Below are positions 38,301-51,850 of a stretch of 64,000 bases of DNA, piece after piece. The position numbers and the translations under genes are program-made. Each line of letters begins with the position of its first letter. Position 1 is the first letter of the stretch. The notes under the pieces were generated by a model, which was not told where the DNA came from, did not search any database, and saw only the letters and a list, made by a program, of their open reading frames with translations. Origin of the DNA: Isurus oxyrinchus (Eukaryota); the NCBI GenBank assembly GCA_026770705.1, contig JANJGN010000034.1:6634001-6698000 (forward strand), read 5' to 3'.

Positions 38301-39519
38301 ACTTTCGCGTCGTGTAAAATTCTTCCTGAACATGAAATAAATTGTCACAACGTAATGGACATTTCTTTTTTGCTTGTGCCCTCGTGCTGTGCTGAAGCAT
38401 TGCAGTGGCAGCTGCTTGAACAATTTTAAAATGGTGATGCAGAAATATTTGCAGTCAGCAGCCATATACCACGACAGACCGCCCCCACCATCTACTCCTC
38501 CCCAACCCTTTCCAACCCCTTCACGGCCCAAAGTTTTCCTTAACATCTTGTATCCTGCATTATTGATTTATCATTTCCGAAATTCGATGTATCAATTGTG
38601 AATTTTAGTTTATGAGTGGAACAAATAGAGTTTCACCATAATAAGGTATGGATCGATAAGAACGAGGAAGACGTGATGCTCCCATTACCTTTCTCCTACA
38701 CGCACGAGGGCACATATAGTTATGTCCTTGAACCAGAAGCACAGGGAATATGAGGATGGAGGACCTCTGCTGAATGTAGCGATTCGTCAGTACTCTGAAG
38801 TCACAATGGTACTGGGGGCAGATGTTTAACATAATTTCTCAAGCACCAGCTGCAGTAGAACGTCCAGTTCTGAGCCTTGCACATTCGGAAGAGAAGCAAG
38901 GCCTTTGGGAAAATTTCTTGTCATTTATGAGGCTTGTTCTCTGGATAGCTTACTTCAGTTGGCAAACGAGACGAGATCACCTATGGTTGTAGTGCGATAA
39001 CCAATAAATATTAATAGCTGAGTTATAGTTATACGAGAGCATGTCATATTTTGAAACAACACTTACTGGAAAACTATTTCTACTGACAAAATCAAGGGAA
39101 GTTGGAGCACACAGTTTTAAATTAACTGCCAAATGTACCAGGGGCAAGAAATAGATGTTTTGTCGTTCTCATTGTTTTGCAGCTACCAAGCATGATATGG
39201 AAAGTCTCATTTTAAATGTCGATGACCCTGGATTCAATCAGAATTTTTAATGGTAAATTAATAAGCTACTTCAAAGGGAGAGGTGTTTCACTTAGCAGAA
39301 AGGCCAGCGCATGGGTTTATTAATCAAGTAATACAAAGTTTCGGCACAAGCTCCTGTGGGTGAAATCCTGCCTTAAGTGATGTACCAGGTTATTAAAATA
39401 TGCTTATATCAATATTTTTCTGTAAATCGTCTCTTGTTTATCTTCCTCAAGTATGGATCATGCATCTTGCTTGGAAAACAAAATATCATGACAGTGACAT
39501 ATCTTTTTCTCTTGCTTAG

Positions 39520-39546
39520 AAGAAAAGTTGGGCAGATGTGCGACAG
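39520..39546 (+). CDS. Microexon, class B (27 nt): EEKLGRCAT
   Basis: ttttctcttgcttag|..ACAG|gtaaat; phase 1-1. Confidence 0.85.
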
Positions 39547-39644
39547 GTAAATGAAAAGAAAGTGGTGGTCGGGTTCACTCTTGCTGTACCCCGTGGACAT
39601 GATTTTCCTGATTAATCATTCGGTGCTGAACTTGGTTTTCACAG

Positions 39645-39665
39645 TTAAAGGCGATTCATCAGATG
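39645..39665 (+). CDS. Microexon, short class C (21 nt): VKGDSSD
   Basis: ggttttcacag|..GATG|gtaagt; 98-nt intron after the class B exon, like the 31597/31719 pair. Confidence 0.75.
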
Positions 39666-40754
39666 GTAAGTAATATTAAAAATACTTCTAACACTTCAAA
39701 TAAATTACCAATATGAATTACCTGTTCACACCTGACAGTGTACAACATAGTCTTATTAATAATCACAAGACTAATTCGACTTTAGAAGTTGTGTAAGAGA
39801 TGGTTCAGGTGAGAAATGCAAATAAAGAGCTGTGCATTACTTGCATCACTAATTGCAATACACTTCTTGTCGAAAATAGAATGAAAGTGATACCAGATGC
39901 AGGGATTCAAATTTGTACAAAATTCGATTAGTGAATGATGCCATTCTGTTCTCCTTGTTGTGATCTCGAGGGACATTAACTTTTAAGATCAATTCGAAGT
40001 TCCAATTATTAGCATAAATAGATCACGACACACGGTTTTGAGTATTAATATTAATCAAAACAAGTTCATTTTATTAACACTATAAATCCCATACCATGAC
40101 TTTTTAAACCCTAACATATTAAGATATTTCAACTGACTCATAGTTATGTTTTCTTCATTCAACTTACGATGTCCCCCATATTTTCCAGATCATTGAGTGT
40201 GCTTTCGCTTCTCCTCAGTTCAATACAAGTGTCCTACTGCTTTTTGGAATTTCCTTTACTCCTCATTTGTCTTCCTCCCGTTTTCTGGGGATACGGTTCC
40301 TTGAGATCCTTGCACTATCATTGACCAATTCTACCCTATAACTCTATTTAAGCACCTCAAGTTTGCGGAAACATAGTTCATGCATTGGCTTAATTTCATT
40401 CTTGGTTATTGGCCTACATCCCCGATTCTGGCTGTTGGCTGATCCGACACTACCTTCTATTTGGTTTACTCACCACCTGATGTAGACACAGTCTAGCAGC
40501 TATGCTTTAAGACTTGGACAGCTTGGTCAGTATTGGTGCCACCTAGCCACTTTTGGAGGTGGACATCGAAGCCTCCCGCCCAGAGGTGCCCTAGCCACCA
40601 TCTATGCTTCCTCCAAGTGTCGTTCAATGTTGAAGAGTGCTGAGTCATTATCTGAGGGAGTTATGTATGTGGTAATCAGAAGGAGGATTCCTTGCCCACA
40701 TTTGACCTATTGTCAAGAGACCTCATCAGGTCTGCAATCGATGTTGAGACCAGT

Positions 40755-40945
40755 TATGGAAGGCAGATTTCCTTTCATAAGAGGCATTACTGAACCAGTT
40801 GCGTTTTTCAAACAATCGAAAATTGCCTTAGAATTCTACATTTCATGGAAATCAAATTTCAACAACTGACGTGGATTTAAACCCGGTATTCCACCGTTTA
40901 TTACTCAAAGTCTCTAGATAATTAGGCCAGCGACAATATCACGAT
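40755..40945 (-). mobile_element. HE1-type SINE 5' portion
   Basis: ggcagatttccttt..gcattactgaaccagtt..aaatttc..ggatttaaaccc..ccagcgacaatatcac is the reverse of the tRNA-derived head. Confidence 0.55.
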
Positions 40946-41099
40946 GTCATTGTTTCATTCTCTCTGCTGTATTGGTGATTAAACTTGCACTCATAAAAGA
41001 TTAACCTTAAACAAAAAATATTACGACCATGGTAATCTATGTGCAGTGGTAGGCCAACACGAAACTTGAGACTGCTTTGCCATTTAACTGGATCAAGGC

Positions 41100-42390
41100 T
41101 GATCTTCAATCTCACCAACATTTTACCGCATTGTTCACATGTCCCTTCATGTTATCGGTATCTAGAAATCTATCAAAGCCTGTTTTCAACATTTTCGAAT
41201 GACTGAGCATTCACAAGCCTCTGTGATACAGAGCTCCAAAATTCACCACCCCGTGACACCAGATGTTCCTCCTCATCTCTGTCCTAAATGGTTTAACTAA
41301 TTTCTGGGAATTTGCCCCTTCATGCTACACATCTTAAATATGGGGAAATATCATTTATGCATCGACCCCGTTGAACACGTAACAATTCTCTACTCCTTTG
41401 CTTTGGAGAACAAAACTTCGAGAAATATTCAAGATTTGGTTTTACAAAGGCTATATCAAATTGCAGCAAGAAGTCATTATCCTTGTTTGCAAATCCAATT
41501 GCAATAAAGTGTAGCAAATCATGTGAATTCCAATTTTTTTGATGCATCTGCTTGTGAATTATGAACAAGAATTACCAGGTCTCATTGCAAAAAAATAAAT
41601 TTCCCATTCTTTCCCAATGTATGATGTACTCTGCACTTTTATTTCTCCTACCAATCTGCATAAATTCACATTGGCCCTCTTTAACTTCCATCTGGAAAAT
41701 TGTTGCCCCCAAATGTAGCCTGTCTAAATCTCCAGAAAGCCTCTTTGCATCCTTTTCGCAGCTTAAGTTTCCAGCAAGTTTTCTGTCCACAATTGATTTG
41801 AAAATATAAAATTTTGGACGCACATCCAAATCACTGATATCGATCGTGAATAGCTGGCACCCAAACACGGTTCCTTGCAGTGCTCACAATCACAGCTGCC
41901 AAGATGTGAGTGTTCCGTTTATTTATACTCTCTGACTTCTGTCCGATTATAATCCTCAATCTTCCGATATTTTCCTCCTTATCCCATGCACCACAACGTT
42001 GCTTACGAGCATCCTGTGTGGGACCTTGTCGAAAGACTTCTGAAAACCTAAATGGACAACATAAACGGGGTTTTCCTTATCAATGTTGCCAGCAAAGTCC
42101 TCAGAATGCACGGACAGGTTTGTTAAACAAAAGTTCGAAAATCCATGCTTACACTGACAATCTCACCATTGTTTTCGAAGTGCCCAGTTTATGAAATGTT
42201 TATTATATATTCCAGCATTTTTATTCTAATATTCGGCTGACAGCCCTGTAGTTCCCTTTATTCTCACTCCTTGTTTATTTCATAGAGGGAGCACGTTTAC
42301 TACCTTAACATCTGCAAGCACCTTTCCTGTATATCGGGAGTTGAAAGATGATCACTAATGCATCCAGTATTTTAAAAGAAACCCCTTTCA
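41100..42390 (-). mobile_element. Degenerate CR1 LINE (RT C-terminal region and 3' end)
   Basis: Minus-strand translations LFTIDISDLD..FKSIVDRKLAGNLSCEKDAKRLSGDLDRL and AFVKPNLEYFSKFCSP are CR1 ORF2 motifs. Confidence 0.8.
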
Positions 42391-42859
42391 GCACTAAATC
42401 GCACTCGTCCCTTTGCTCCCTCTAATTCAGCGAATAGCCTATCTTGATATAAACGTTACATATTCGGGATTCCTCCAAACAAACATAAAAAAAAACAATT
42501 TGCGAAACGCTTCAAAGCAACCTTTTGACTCCCAGGAATAATTTATTTCCCTAAAGTGGATAATAACTCTTCTAATAGAGTAACTTGCTAAAAAAAATGC
42601 TTACATTTACGTTTACACTTCCATAATTGGCGGACCATAAATCAAGACTTTAAACGCAAAACTTGACATTTTATCTTCAAAGAATCTTCCGAGATGCCGT
42701 GCTAAAAACTGATTCCTCCCTAAGGGTCTCACGTAGCCAGCAATAATCCCTTGTCTGGATTACCTTATATCATCATTCTGACAACACAAAAAATCCCTGT
42801 TGAACTTGAATTACTGCAGACATCCTGAGATTTCACTTGCATCAGTCGTTTTGTAACTC

Positions 42860-44545
42860 ATTATTTGACTGGATGAGAGCGGCACTGGCTTAGTCCACAT
42901 TTATTGTCGATTGTTAAATACTCTTTCAGAAGTGATGATGAGACATTTCCAACCTGCACAAATAGAGTGCTGTTAAGAATGTAGTACTTGGGCTTTTACC
43001 TATATAAAATCAACAAAATATGACATAGTTACAAATCAAGATTGTGTAATTTCATGAGGAATGTACAGTTCTTGTGGTGTTCCCGTGCATCTGTTACCCT
43101 TGTTCTTCTTGGTGGCAGATTCGAGAGTTTGTAATTTTATTTTCAAAAGAAACTTTGGATGCTCCTGCAGTCCATTTTCTAAATGGTACACACTGCTGTT
43201 ACTGTTTTCCAGATGTGGAGGTATTGATAAGCTGGTGGATTGGGTGCCATTCAAGCTGGATGCTTTGCCTTGGATGCTGTCGAGCTTCGTCAGTCTTGTT
43301 CGAACTGAACTGATCCAGGCAAACTGAAAGCATTCCAGCAGATTACTGTCTTGCACCTTCCAGATCGTGGGCCGGGTTTGTGAAGTAAGGGGATGAGTTT
43401 CTCTCCACCGAATGCCATAGCTCTGTTCAGCCCTTGTAGCGACATTATTGATCTGCCGTCACTGGACCAGTAAGCCAAATATCCAGGATAATGCTGTGAA
43501 GACTCGCGTTCGAATCCCAGCAGAGCAGAGGTCGGAACTTGAATTCAGTAGGTATCTGGCATTACAAGTCCAAGGATAACCATGAAGCAATTGTTGATTT
43601 CCGAAAAAATGAACATGTTGTTCATGAATGCGCATTTGCCAAAGAAATTAACCATCCTTACCTGGCCTGGCTAACGTGTGACTCCATTGTGGGTGCAAAT
43701 GCACCACATGGACTATAAAGTTTCAAAGAGGTACCACACCACCACTTTCTCAAGAGCAATTAGGGATGTGCAATAAAAGCTGTACGACACTGCAAAATAC
43801 TGATACCTGAGAATCTGGTGTTGTAATGCTCTTGAATGTGTATGGGAGTTGGTTGCTTTCTTACGTCTTTGCAGATGGCCAATGATTGGCATTTCTCTCA
43901 CTGAAATGTGAATAGCCTCTATTCCGTTCAAGCCAAATGTTGTATCCATCTTACTGCATATTGACACGGACTGCGTTAGCACCTGTGGAGTCGACAGTGG
44001 CGCTGAACTTTGTCCAATCGTCCAAGAACATCCACATTTCTGACCTTAGGTTTCAGCAAATTGAGTTGACGAAGCTGCTGACGCTGGCTGCACCGAGGGC
44101 AGTACCCTTACAAAATGCTGCAGCAATGTCCCGTGGCTGAGATAATTGCCTTCCGGTATCCAACGCTATAGCCGTTAATGCTATTTCCACTCCAGTGGAG
44201 AAATTTCCTTTTGTTTTTCAATGGCTTCATTGTTTCTAGGGCTCCTTGAGCCAACGGCCTTTCAAATGCTGCTTCGATATCAAAGGAATTCACTTTAACA
44301 CACCTGTTGAGATCAGGACTTTCGTCCAAGTTTGCATCAAAAATGCATTGAAATCACGCACTGAATGACCCTGGTGGAAGAAAAACTGAGCATCAGTTGG
44401 CAGCTATTGTTGAGCTGCACTTGCTTGATAGCACTGTCGACGACACCTTCCATCACGTTCAAGGGTAGACTGATATATTAGGGATTGGCCAGTTTGATTT
44501 GTCCTGCATTTTATTCACTGGACAAATCTGTGCAGATCTCCACAT
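42860..44545 (-). mobile_element. HER1/CR1-type LINE, degenerate, interrupted by an HE1 SINE
   Basis: Minus-strand translations AWISSVRTRLTKLDSIQGKASSL and VNSFDIEAAFER; same family as 28.3-31 kb. Confidence 0.8.
43450..43800 (+). mobile_element. HE1-type tRNA-derived SINE nested in the LINE
   Basis: gtcactggaccagtaa..gttcgaatccc (B-box, ~43508)..ccatccttacctggcctggc..gtgactcca..caattagggatgtgcaataaa. Confidence 0.7.
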
Positions 44546-44849
44546 TGCTGATTAGAATACAAAGATTTGTTTGGTACAAGAACATTTACAACACAATTTG
44601 TTTACTGGTTTCGATGTTTCCATTTATCAACCGTTAAAATGTAATTCCTAAAACTAAGGAGTATGCCTTTGTAACACGAGAATTCTGAAATTAGGAGTGT
44701 TGCAGCATTTTTTTTTCGAACTTCAGAGTTTTACATTGTTTCCTGCAGCCCACGGTACTAGTGCCACTGGGGTTTTCAAAAATGATATGTTTATTTCCTT
44801 CGTGTGGTCGGCACAAATTAGAGATCAGTAACTAACATGAATTTGAAAT

Positions 44850-46520
44850 GGTAGCAAGACGGAAGTCCAAAAATGAATTCCCGATACGCCATTTCTTATG
44901 CACGACTGCTTCTGCACATCATGATTCGGCCAAACGGTTGAGCGAGTTGCTACCACAAGTTCTGCGCATGTTTTACACAAAGACGGTGAAGGACTTCTTC
45001 ATCTTTTCAAAAGCCATACTGGGCCTGCATGCCAATAGCAAAGCTGTACCCTTGTACTTGTTCGGCATTGCTAGTCTATTCACAATTGTCACCACTTCAC
45101 TATGTTATGGTGATCTAGACACACTACAACATGTGAATCTTTATTCATTTAAATTAAGAATTCAGCAACTAGTGCCACTCAGTTCAGTTTTAAACACGCC
45201 ATTAATGCCTGAATAGATCATATTGTCATTGGTTCCCCAGGGGCCCCACTCTCGCATTTAATTCCATCGTTTTCCTTGAGAAACGTCTCTTCAATTGAAT
45301 GACACCTAACTTCCTACCCATTGCATAATTACGATACACAGATGAATTGTTACCTATATTTGAACCCACAGCTGCAGAAGAAAAATTCCTTGCACTACAT
45401 AGTGAGCGCCATTTTGCGCTGTTATTCAACTTTGAAATAAAGGATCAAAAGGAACTCCCTTTCCTCGATGTGCTGGTTAAGACGTCTGCAAATGGCTAAT
45501 CTGCTAATGCCTCATGCAAGCCTACCTTCATTAGCCAATGCACGCATTATGGCAATTGCAGCTTCACAAGCCGTAGAATTGGCTTGATTGACAATGTCAT
45601 GAATAGGACAATTTGCCCATCGTGCAATCGTGGTGCAGAAATCTGGAGAATTAAGGTCATCCTGCAAGATTATGTTTATGTTGAAGCGTTCATCGTTCAT
45701 TATATCTCAGTCAACAACATGAATGGTCCTAATACAGCCATTGTCGGCCCTTAGAATTGCCCAGTCAACCTGGGATTACCCTGCAAGTGTGAGGTGTCTC
45801 AAACCTTTGAGCAACAAGCTGTTACTACACAATATAAACGCGAGTGGTATTCTCCATGAACAGGCTAGTGCAGTCAGGCAAAAAAGATGTTCTGCCTATT
45901 ACGAATGGAGTGGTATATAAATCCCTGGCTGTTGTGATGTCAGGTATATAGGCCATACATCCCAACCATTGACAAATACATTCATTCAGCTATTTCAACA
46001 AGGAAAATGATGATCACATCCAACCAGCACGTACTTGCAACACTTGGAACATAGTCTCCACATCAAGTGTCATTCCATGCCCTGCTAACAATCCTAAGTG
46101 CGTGAAGAATTACACTCAAAAGTGAGGTTGTCAGTCGTTCTCCCATTGTGCCTCACTTACGCATGATAGGAGCCACAGATATGCACGAACAGGACTCTGT
46201 ATATTGCACAATGAAAAAACATGTGCACCCTTTTCATATAAACAAAATCGTAGGGAGCAGTAATTTCCTGGTTCAGTGCCCGTGACAATGACTTGACCAA
46301 TCAACGTCCTCCTCTCCGGTTTGCATTTGGAAAAAGCTGTGCTGCTAACTGCGTCAAACTGCATGCTCCATGACAAAACGACCATGCGTCCAATCCCCAA
46401 CCAACCAGCCATCGTTTCTCATGCAGCATAATTACCTCTTTCCACGATAGCTTGGTAGTGCCTTGCGAACTACCCTGATATGTGCATAATGAAGAGTTTT
46501 GATAGTATGTCACGCCTTTT
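44850..46520 (+). mobile_element. Degenerate Penelope-like retroelement (RT plus GIY-YIG)
   Basis: PIRHFL..SAHHDSAKRLSELL..TVKDFFIF..LFGIASLFTIV (RT motif); EIKDQKELPFLDVLV; VVYK..C.CD..YIGHTSQ. Confidence 0.8.
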
Positions 46521-48439
46521 CAGTAATACTCAAATTAAAAATTAACATTCAAAGAGGCTTTAAGAAATAACAGAGGGAAGAGGTATGCAGAAGTTTAGGA
46601 AAGAGCCAAGCAATGGAGCTAGCAAAAATTTTCTTTGAGAAGTTGTCATATAATTGATGATCTGGAACACCGTCCTATAAACCATCATATTATCTTACCT
46701 CATAAGTCCAGGATACTGAAACTTAAGTTGTACAACGTTCACGAAATGTGCACCAGGATGGTTCTTCTCTTTATCTGGAAAATGAAAGGCTGACATGTGA
46801 TGCTATAGTGCATTGGAGCATTGCGAAAATGTCGATCGAATACACAGTAAGTACACAATTTCATCTGTTAGGAAGTAAAAAATTAGGAGAGGTAAATCTT
46901 AGATAATCTGTAATACATCTAATGACACGTTAATGATAATGAGCTGTACAAGAGAAATTACTTCACTAAACGAATGCCTCTGGCGTGGAACTAAAAGCGC
47001 AATGAAGCCAAAAGCATTTAACTGGATTATCCATAAGCACTTGAAGGGCATAAGCACAGAGTAAGTTTGGATAAGCTTCCCTCGGAGGGAGATTCTGTAG
47101 GGCATGAAAAATGGCATAGGCTAATTGGGCTGTCTAGCTTTTTTTCGGGAATGTCACAAATACAGTTTACTTTTTTTTGTGTTTAATTTTGCAATGACCA
47201 GTCAGAATTATTTGTTTTTCAATCTTCTCAGGAAGATGATTCACGTTTTTGTCGCCCTGATTAATCTCCATGATTAAATGAACAATGTATGCTAACTAAT
47301 ATTCAAATCAACCGAACCACTTAAACATTACGATCCAGTAAACGGTGCTGTTTCGTCAATAAATTTGTTCTGCCTAATGAATGCCTCTGAACATGCTGAT
47401 GATTGGAGTGTTCTGTGTAACATCAACATCTTGAATTGAACAGGATTTATCTAATTATCCAACTGAATTGAGACTGACAACACTTTTTGGGCACTAGCAC
47501 TGAAGAACAGTATTACATCAGTCACCGGTTGTACATCCCGATATTCCGTTCTGTTGTAGTGGATGGAACTAAATATCGTGCATGAAGCTCAACAAGAGAA
47601 AATCCATGGCATCCATTCTACGGTTTTGGTTAACATGAATTCTATCAAAGGTGGCTATGTAAATATGTTGATTCGGACTGTTGAACCTTTAAACTGCATT
47701 GCTCTCATTTCCAGGCAGCTAACACGTAATGTATATTTTGTTGTGAGCAAGTTGGATCGTGTCAAATTCCAAACGTGTGCAAGACTGGTATTTCGAGACA
47801 CTGGAGTTGGAATTCGCCATGAAATGACATTCATAAGGGGAGATGATTTAACAACATCCTACCATACATACCATCATTATTTTCCGTTGACAGCTGCCCT
47901 CTAAAGCAGCGTCAGGGAGCCGAATACCTGAATATTCTCTGTCTATGCTTAATAATTTACATAAGTCTACGTGGCCCTGAACTTCTCCATCACGTGTTCA
48001 ACATAGTCGTGGCCTTTCAACACTGTCTTGCAGGAACAGTAATTGAAGTTCCTTGGCAATTCTAAACACCGTCTATTCTAGTTGACAGATAACAAATTGT
48101 ACTTTAGCATTAAAAAATGCCCAAGTTAAATTCTAGAAAATACAAACACTGTACAGCTTTGCACGCATCAGAGGGAACAAGGAGCAAATGAACCACTGGG
48201 AAAAGTTACTTAGGAATCCCTTAATGATGATTTAAACGTCACTTGTCAACAAACAATGTAAGCAAGGCTTCACAGAATTTACCGAAACATGATATCAGAA
48301 TTCCAAAAGTAATTCTTGAAATGTATTAAAGACATAAATGACAACGAGGTGTTCTAAAAACAGATAGGATACTGTTAGGAATCAAGTGAAAAATTGTATT
48401 CCTGTTTGGCTATCGCTGATAGGTGGCTGGCTGTAATGG

Positions 48440-49030
48440 TTTGCTTAATTTATTTACCTGAGATGGGAGTCGTGGGCTGAGGCAGCATTTACTGCCCATC
48501 TCAAGTTGCCCTTGATAAAGTGGTGGTCAGCAGCCTTCTTGAACTGTTGCAGTCCCTGTGGTGTAGAGGCAGACACAGTGCTCTTACTTGGGGAGTTCCA
48601 GGAATTTGATTGTGAGACAGGGAAAGACAGTTAGTATGCCAAATGGCTTGGATGGGAACTTCCAAGCGGTGCTCTCATCTACCTGCCGCCCCTGTCTTTC
48701 TAGATGATAGCTGTTGTTGGTTTCGAAGATGCTGCCGAAGGAGCTTTGGTGAGATTCTTTAGAGCATCTTGTAGATCGTACACACGGCTACCTATGTTCA
48801 ACGTTGGTAGAGGGAGTGAATATTGTGAAGGGTGGGCCACCCAAACAAGCTGGTTTGTCCTGGATGGTGACAAGCACCTTGAGAATTGCCAGAGATGCAA
48901 TTATCCTGGGGAGTCGAGAGTATTCATCTCATGCATTAATTGGACCATGATGGGCTTTGCTGAGCCAGTATTTGAGTTACTTGCCACAGGGCCTTTAGCC
49001 TCTGACCTGCTCTTGTAAACACACTATTTG
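48440..49030 (-). mobile_element. HER1/CR1-type LINE 3' fragment
   Basis: gcatttactgcccatctc..gcccttga..gtggtg..ccttcttgaactg..; reverse complement of the 3' part of the 28.3-31 kb family. Confidence 0.75.
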
Positions 49031-51249
49031 TGTGGCCACACAAATACTGCTTTTATGAGCTTTTGAGACAATGAAGAGTCAGTGAACTGATTTTAAGAAA
49101 TGTCCTTCGGCGCTGTAAATTCCCTCATCTAACACTCATCTGTCTACTTAATCTGTTGTCAGTTACTGCGATGTAATGAGTCTCAGACTTATAAATAGAA
49201 TTTTCAACGCTGCAGCACACTCTTCTATGTCCCAGCACATGCAATACACCCATTGTTGATTCCAAAAGGAAGATGGATGCAGTGATCTAACAGTTTCATC
49301 AACCACATTATCGCCTGTGACCTCGGGTGGGGAGGAAATTGAATTGGATTGCCTCTCTGCTCCTAATTTCTTCTCTGGAAATCCAGCCGCTCCTTTGTTC
49401 CCGATCTTGCAAATTTGACTGAGGAGAACTTTGTTGTGCAATTAGTTCGAGAGGCCTAAAGTGGAGGGCAGCAAATTCGAAGGTAATTAAAACACACCCC
49501 CTTTTTACGCACCATTTGTGAGGGAGCAGGTGAGTTTAAAGGTCCAAGTCACTTTCAGAAGCCAGTGAGACGATACCTGCATAAGGAAACTAAGCCGGTT
49601 GGAGGATGTTCGTTTCAGCATCGGAGAGGCGGGTCGAATTACATCGGGGCTGCAGGGTGTTGTCAAATCTGGGTGGCTGCCGGGTATGGCTGGGGCCTGT
49701 GACGGTCGGGAACGCGCCCTACTCGGTCGAGGGCCAGGGTAGTCGGGGAGCTGTGGAGGTTTGGAGGGGTAGGGTCTAGGGGGAGCTCAGTGAGGATTCT
49801 GCGGAGGTAAGCAGAAGATTTGTCCAGGAGCTGGAAATTGTTTTACTTTTTCATAAGGTTTCTTTCCTGGGTCACTGATGCTGTAAGGTAGTCCAAAGCA
49901 TTCAATGTTTCCCATTTAAATCGCATTGTTGGAAGGTTCCGAATTCAATGCCCTTGGCGAAAGGAAGCTTCAACTTCCCCGGCAATTGTTACCTGCGAAA
50001 TCCCGGGCTTTGTTCTTGATGCTGGTTTGGTGGGGTGGGGGCTGGTGGGGGAGGTGGGTGCGTACGGGCCTGATGGTCGATACGCCAGATATACTGTCCT
50101 TCAACTCGGAGATCGACCTATTTAACTTGTATTGGTTAATCATTGAAAAACTGTTAACATTGTTTTACAAGTTTGCATATGCCTTCATTCGTTGAATATG
50201 GAACTCTATGTGTGTCTCTTCAATGGGAGAAATGTCATTGCTCTGTCTTATTTTCATGCCAAATGTACAAAACTGGCACGTACATGACAATACTGGAAAT
50301 GACTGCATCTGTGCTGCCCACAAACAGAACACAAATCTACACCAAACCATTATACTTCATTCCTCTAATCTACATCATCTGCAAAGTGACAGAATGTGTG
50401 GTCGACAAAGTGGCAGTTGCACTACAATGCATTTCTTAAAAATGCTCAGTTTGTCTTCCACCCGTATGACTCAGCTTCAGATCTGTGGGCAGTGTTATTC
50501 TGAACATGGACAAAAGAGCTGGAAATAACAAAGGAGACCAGAGCATTTTTTATTGCAATAAGACGCAATTTGGCAAACTGTAGGAGTCACAGTAAGGCTG
50601 AAAGAGAATGGTGGAAACTCCAAAAATTGGCGACATAGCTAGAACAATTGCCATTATAGTTGTTGGAATGCAGCATATAAACGACAGGGCATCGTCACAG
50701 GAGTTTGTCAGTGAGGTGTCCGATGGTCAATGATCATCAGCTGCTTGGACAGTGAACTTCCTTCCATCAAATGATCAGAATTGTCCATTTTTGCTAATGT
50801 TTGCTTACGGCTTAGAATAATTCTGACATACTAAATACGGAGGCAGTCCGCTTAGAGAAAAATTATGGACAATACTCGGGCTTGGGCTCTTTAGTGGAAA
50901 GAACGTTTCGCCGGGTGCTGCTGTCAGACAATGATGAACTCCTGCCAGATAGATTATATCCTCCTGAAATGCTAGGGCAAAGGATTTAAATACTCCACCT
51001 CCACCACCCCACCTCCCATCCCCCGTCCCCACACCCCCATCCAGCACAAATATGTCAGGGTATACCATGTATGAGCAATATAACTGGATGAGGGATTTTC
51101 AAGAAAGAAACATACTGCAGATTCTGGAAATAAAAAAAAATGGAATATCGCTGGCATTATCTATGTTAAAGTTCACAGTCCGTTTGTCTCTTCTTCAGAG
51201 AATTTAAATACTGTGATAAGAAGTGTGGGCCAAGGGATCGGAAATTTGT

Positions 51250-51850
51250 GGCGATAAAGTCACCCACATATTCCCAAAGCCGCCCAGGAATCAGACACTA
51301 TTCATGAGTCTGGCAGAGCACATTTCAATTGCCTGCATAAACGCAGCTTCAATGATACTTGAGGCTTAACTTAAGCAAAGTGAAAAGAGTGCTTTTGTAC
51401 GGCATTCCATCCACTGTAGCAGTTATAAACTACCTTCACCAGAGGCGCACAGTTGCAGAAATGTTTACCATATGTAGGATCTACCAGCGGCGCACTCCAG
51501 CAGCAACGTGCACCAGCTTCAAAATGCTCTACAGCGATTCACATAACATCCTTCGACTGCTTCATCCAAACCCCCAACCACAACCCCCAAGAAGAACAAA
51601 ATAAACAGACGCATGAGAACAATATTACGTACCAATTGCGCTTCAACTCTCGCAATATCTGGTCTTATAATTCTGCTGTTTTTCCTTCACTGTCGCTGGA
51701 TCAGGTCGTGGGTCCCTTGCTGGCAACATTATAAATGTAACTATTCAAGCTGGACTACACCTGCCCTAGAACCACTTTTTGCCTATTGGGAGTGGACTAC
51801 AAATGTTAGCCATGTCAGCAGCCCTCACATTCTTGAAATAAATAAAATAA
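51250..51850 (+). mobile_element. HER1/CR1-type LINE 3' fragment, highly diverged
   Basis: ccttcaccagaggcgcacagttgcag..ttcgactgcttcatccaaaccc..ttccttcactgtcgctgg..; ends in an A-rich tail. Confidence 0.6.

Noticed and set aside
39786-39808. tttag|..CAG|gtgaga candidate microexon
   Set aside because: It is 23 nt with a stop in phase 1 and matches no exon class.
43480-43545. tRNA-like B-box GTTCGAATCCC
   Set aside because: It is the head of a tRNA-derived HE1 SINE; no cloverleaf is evident.
51199-51234. 36-nt candidate class A exon ENLNTVIRSVGQ
   Set aside because: There is no GT donor, and the acceptor is part of a decayed Penelope-type terminus.
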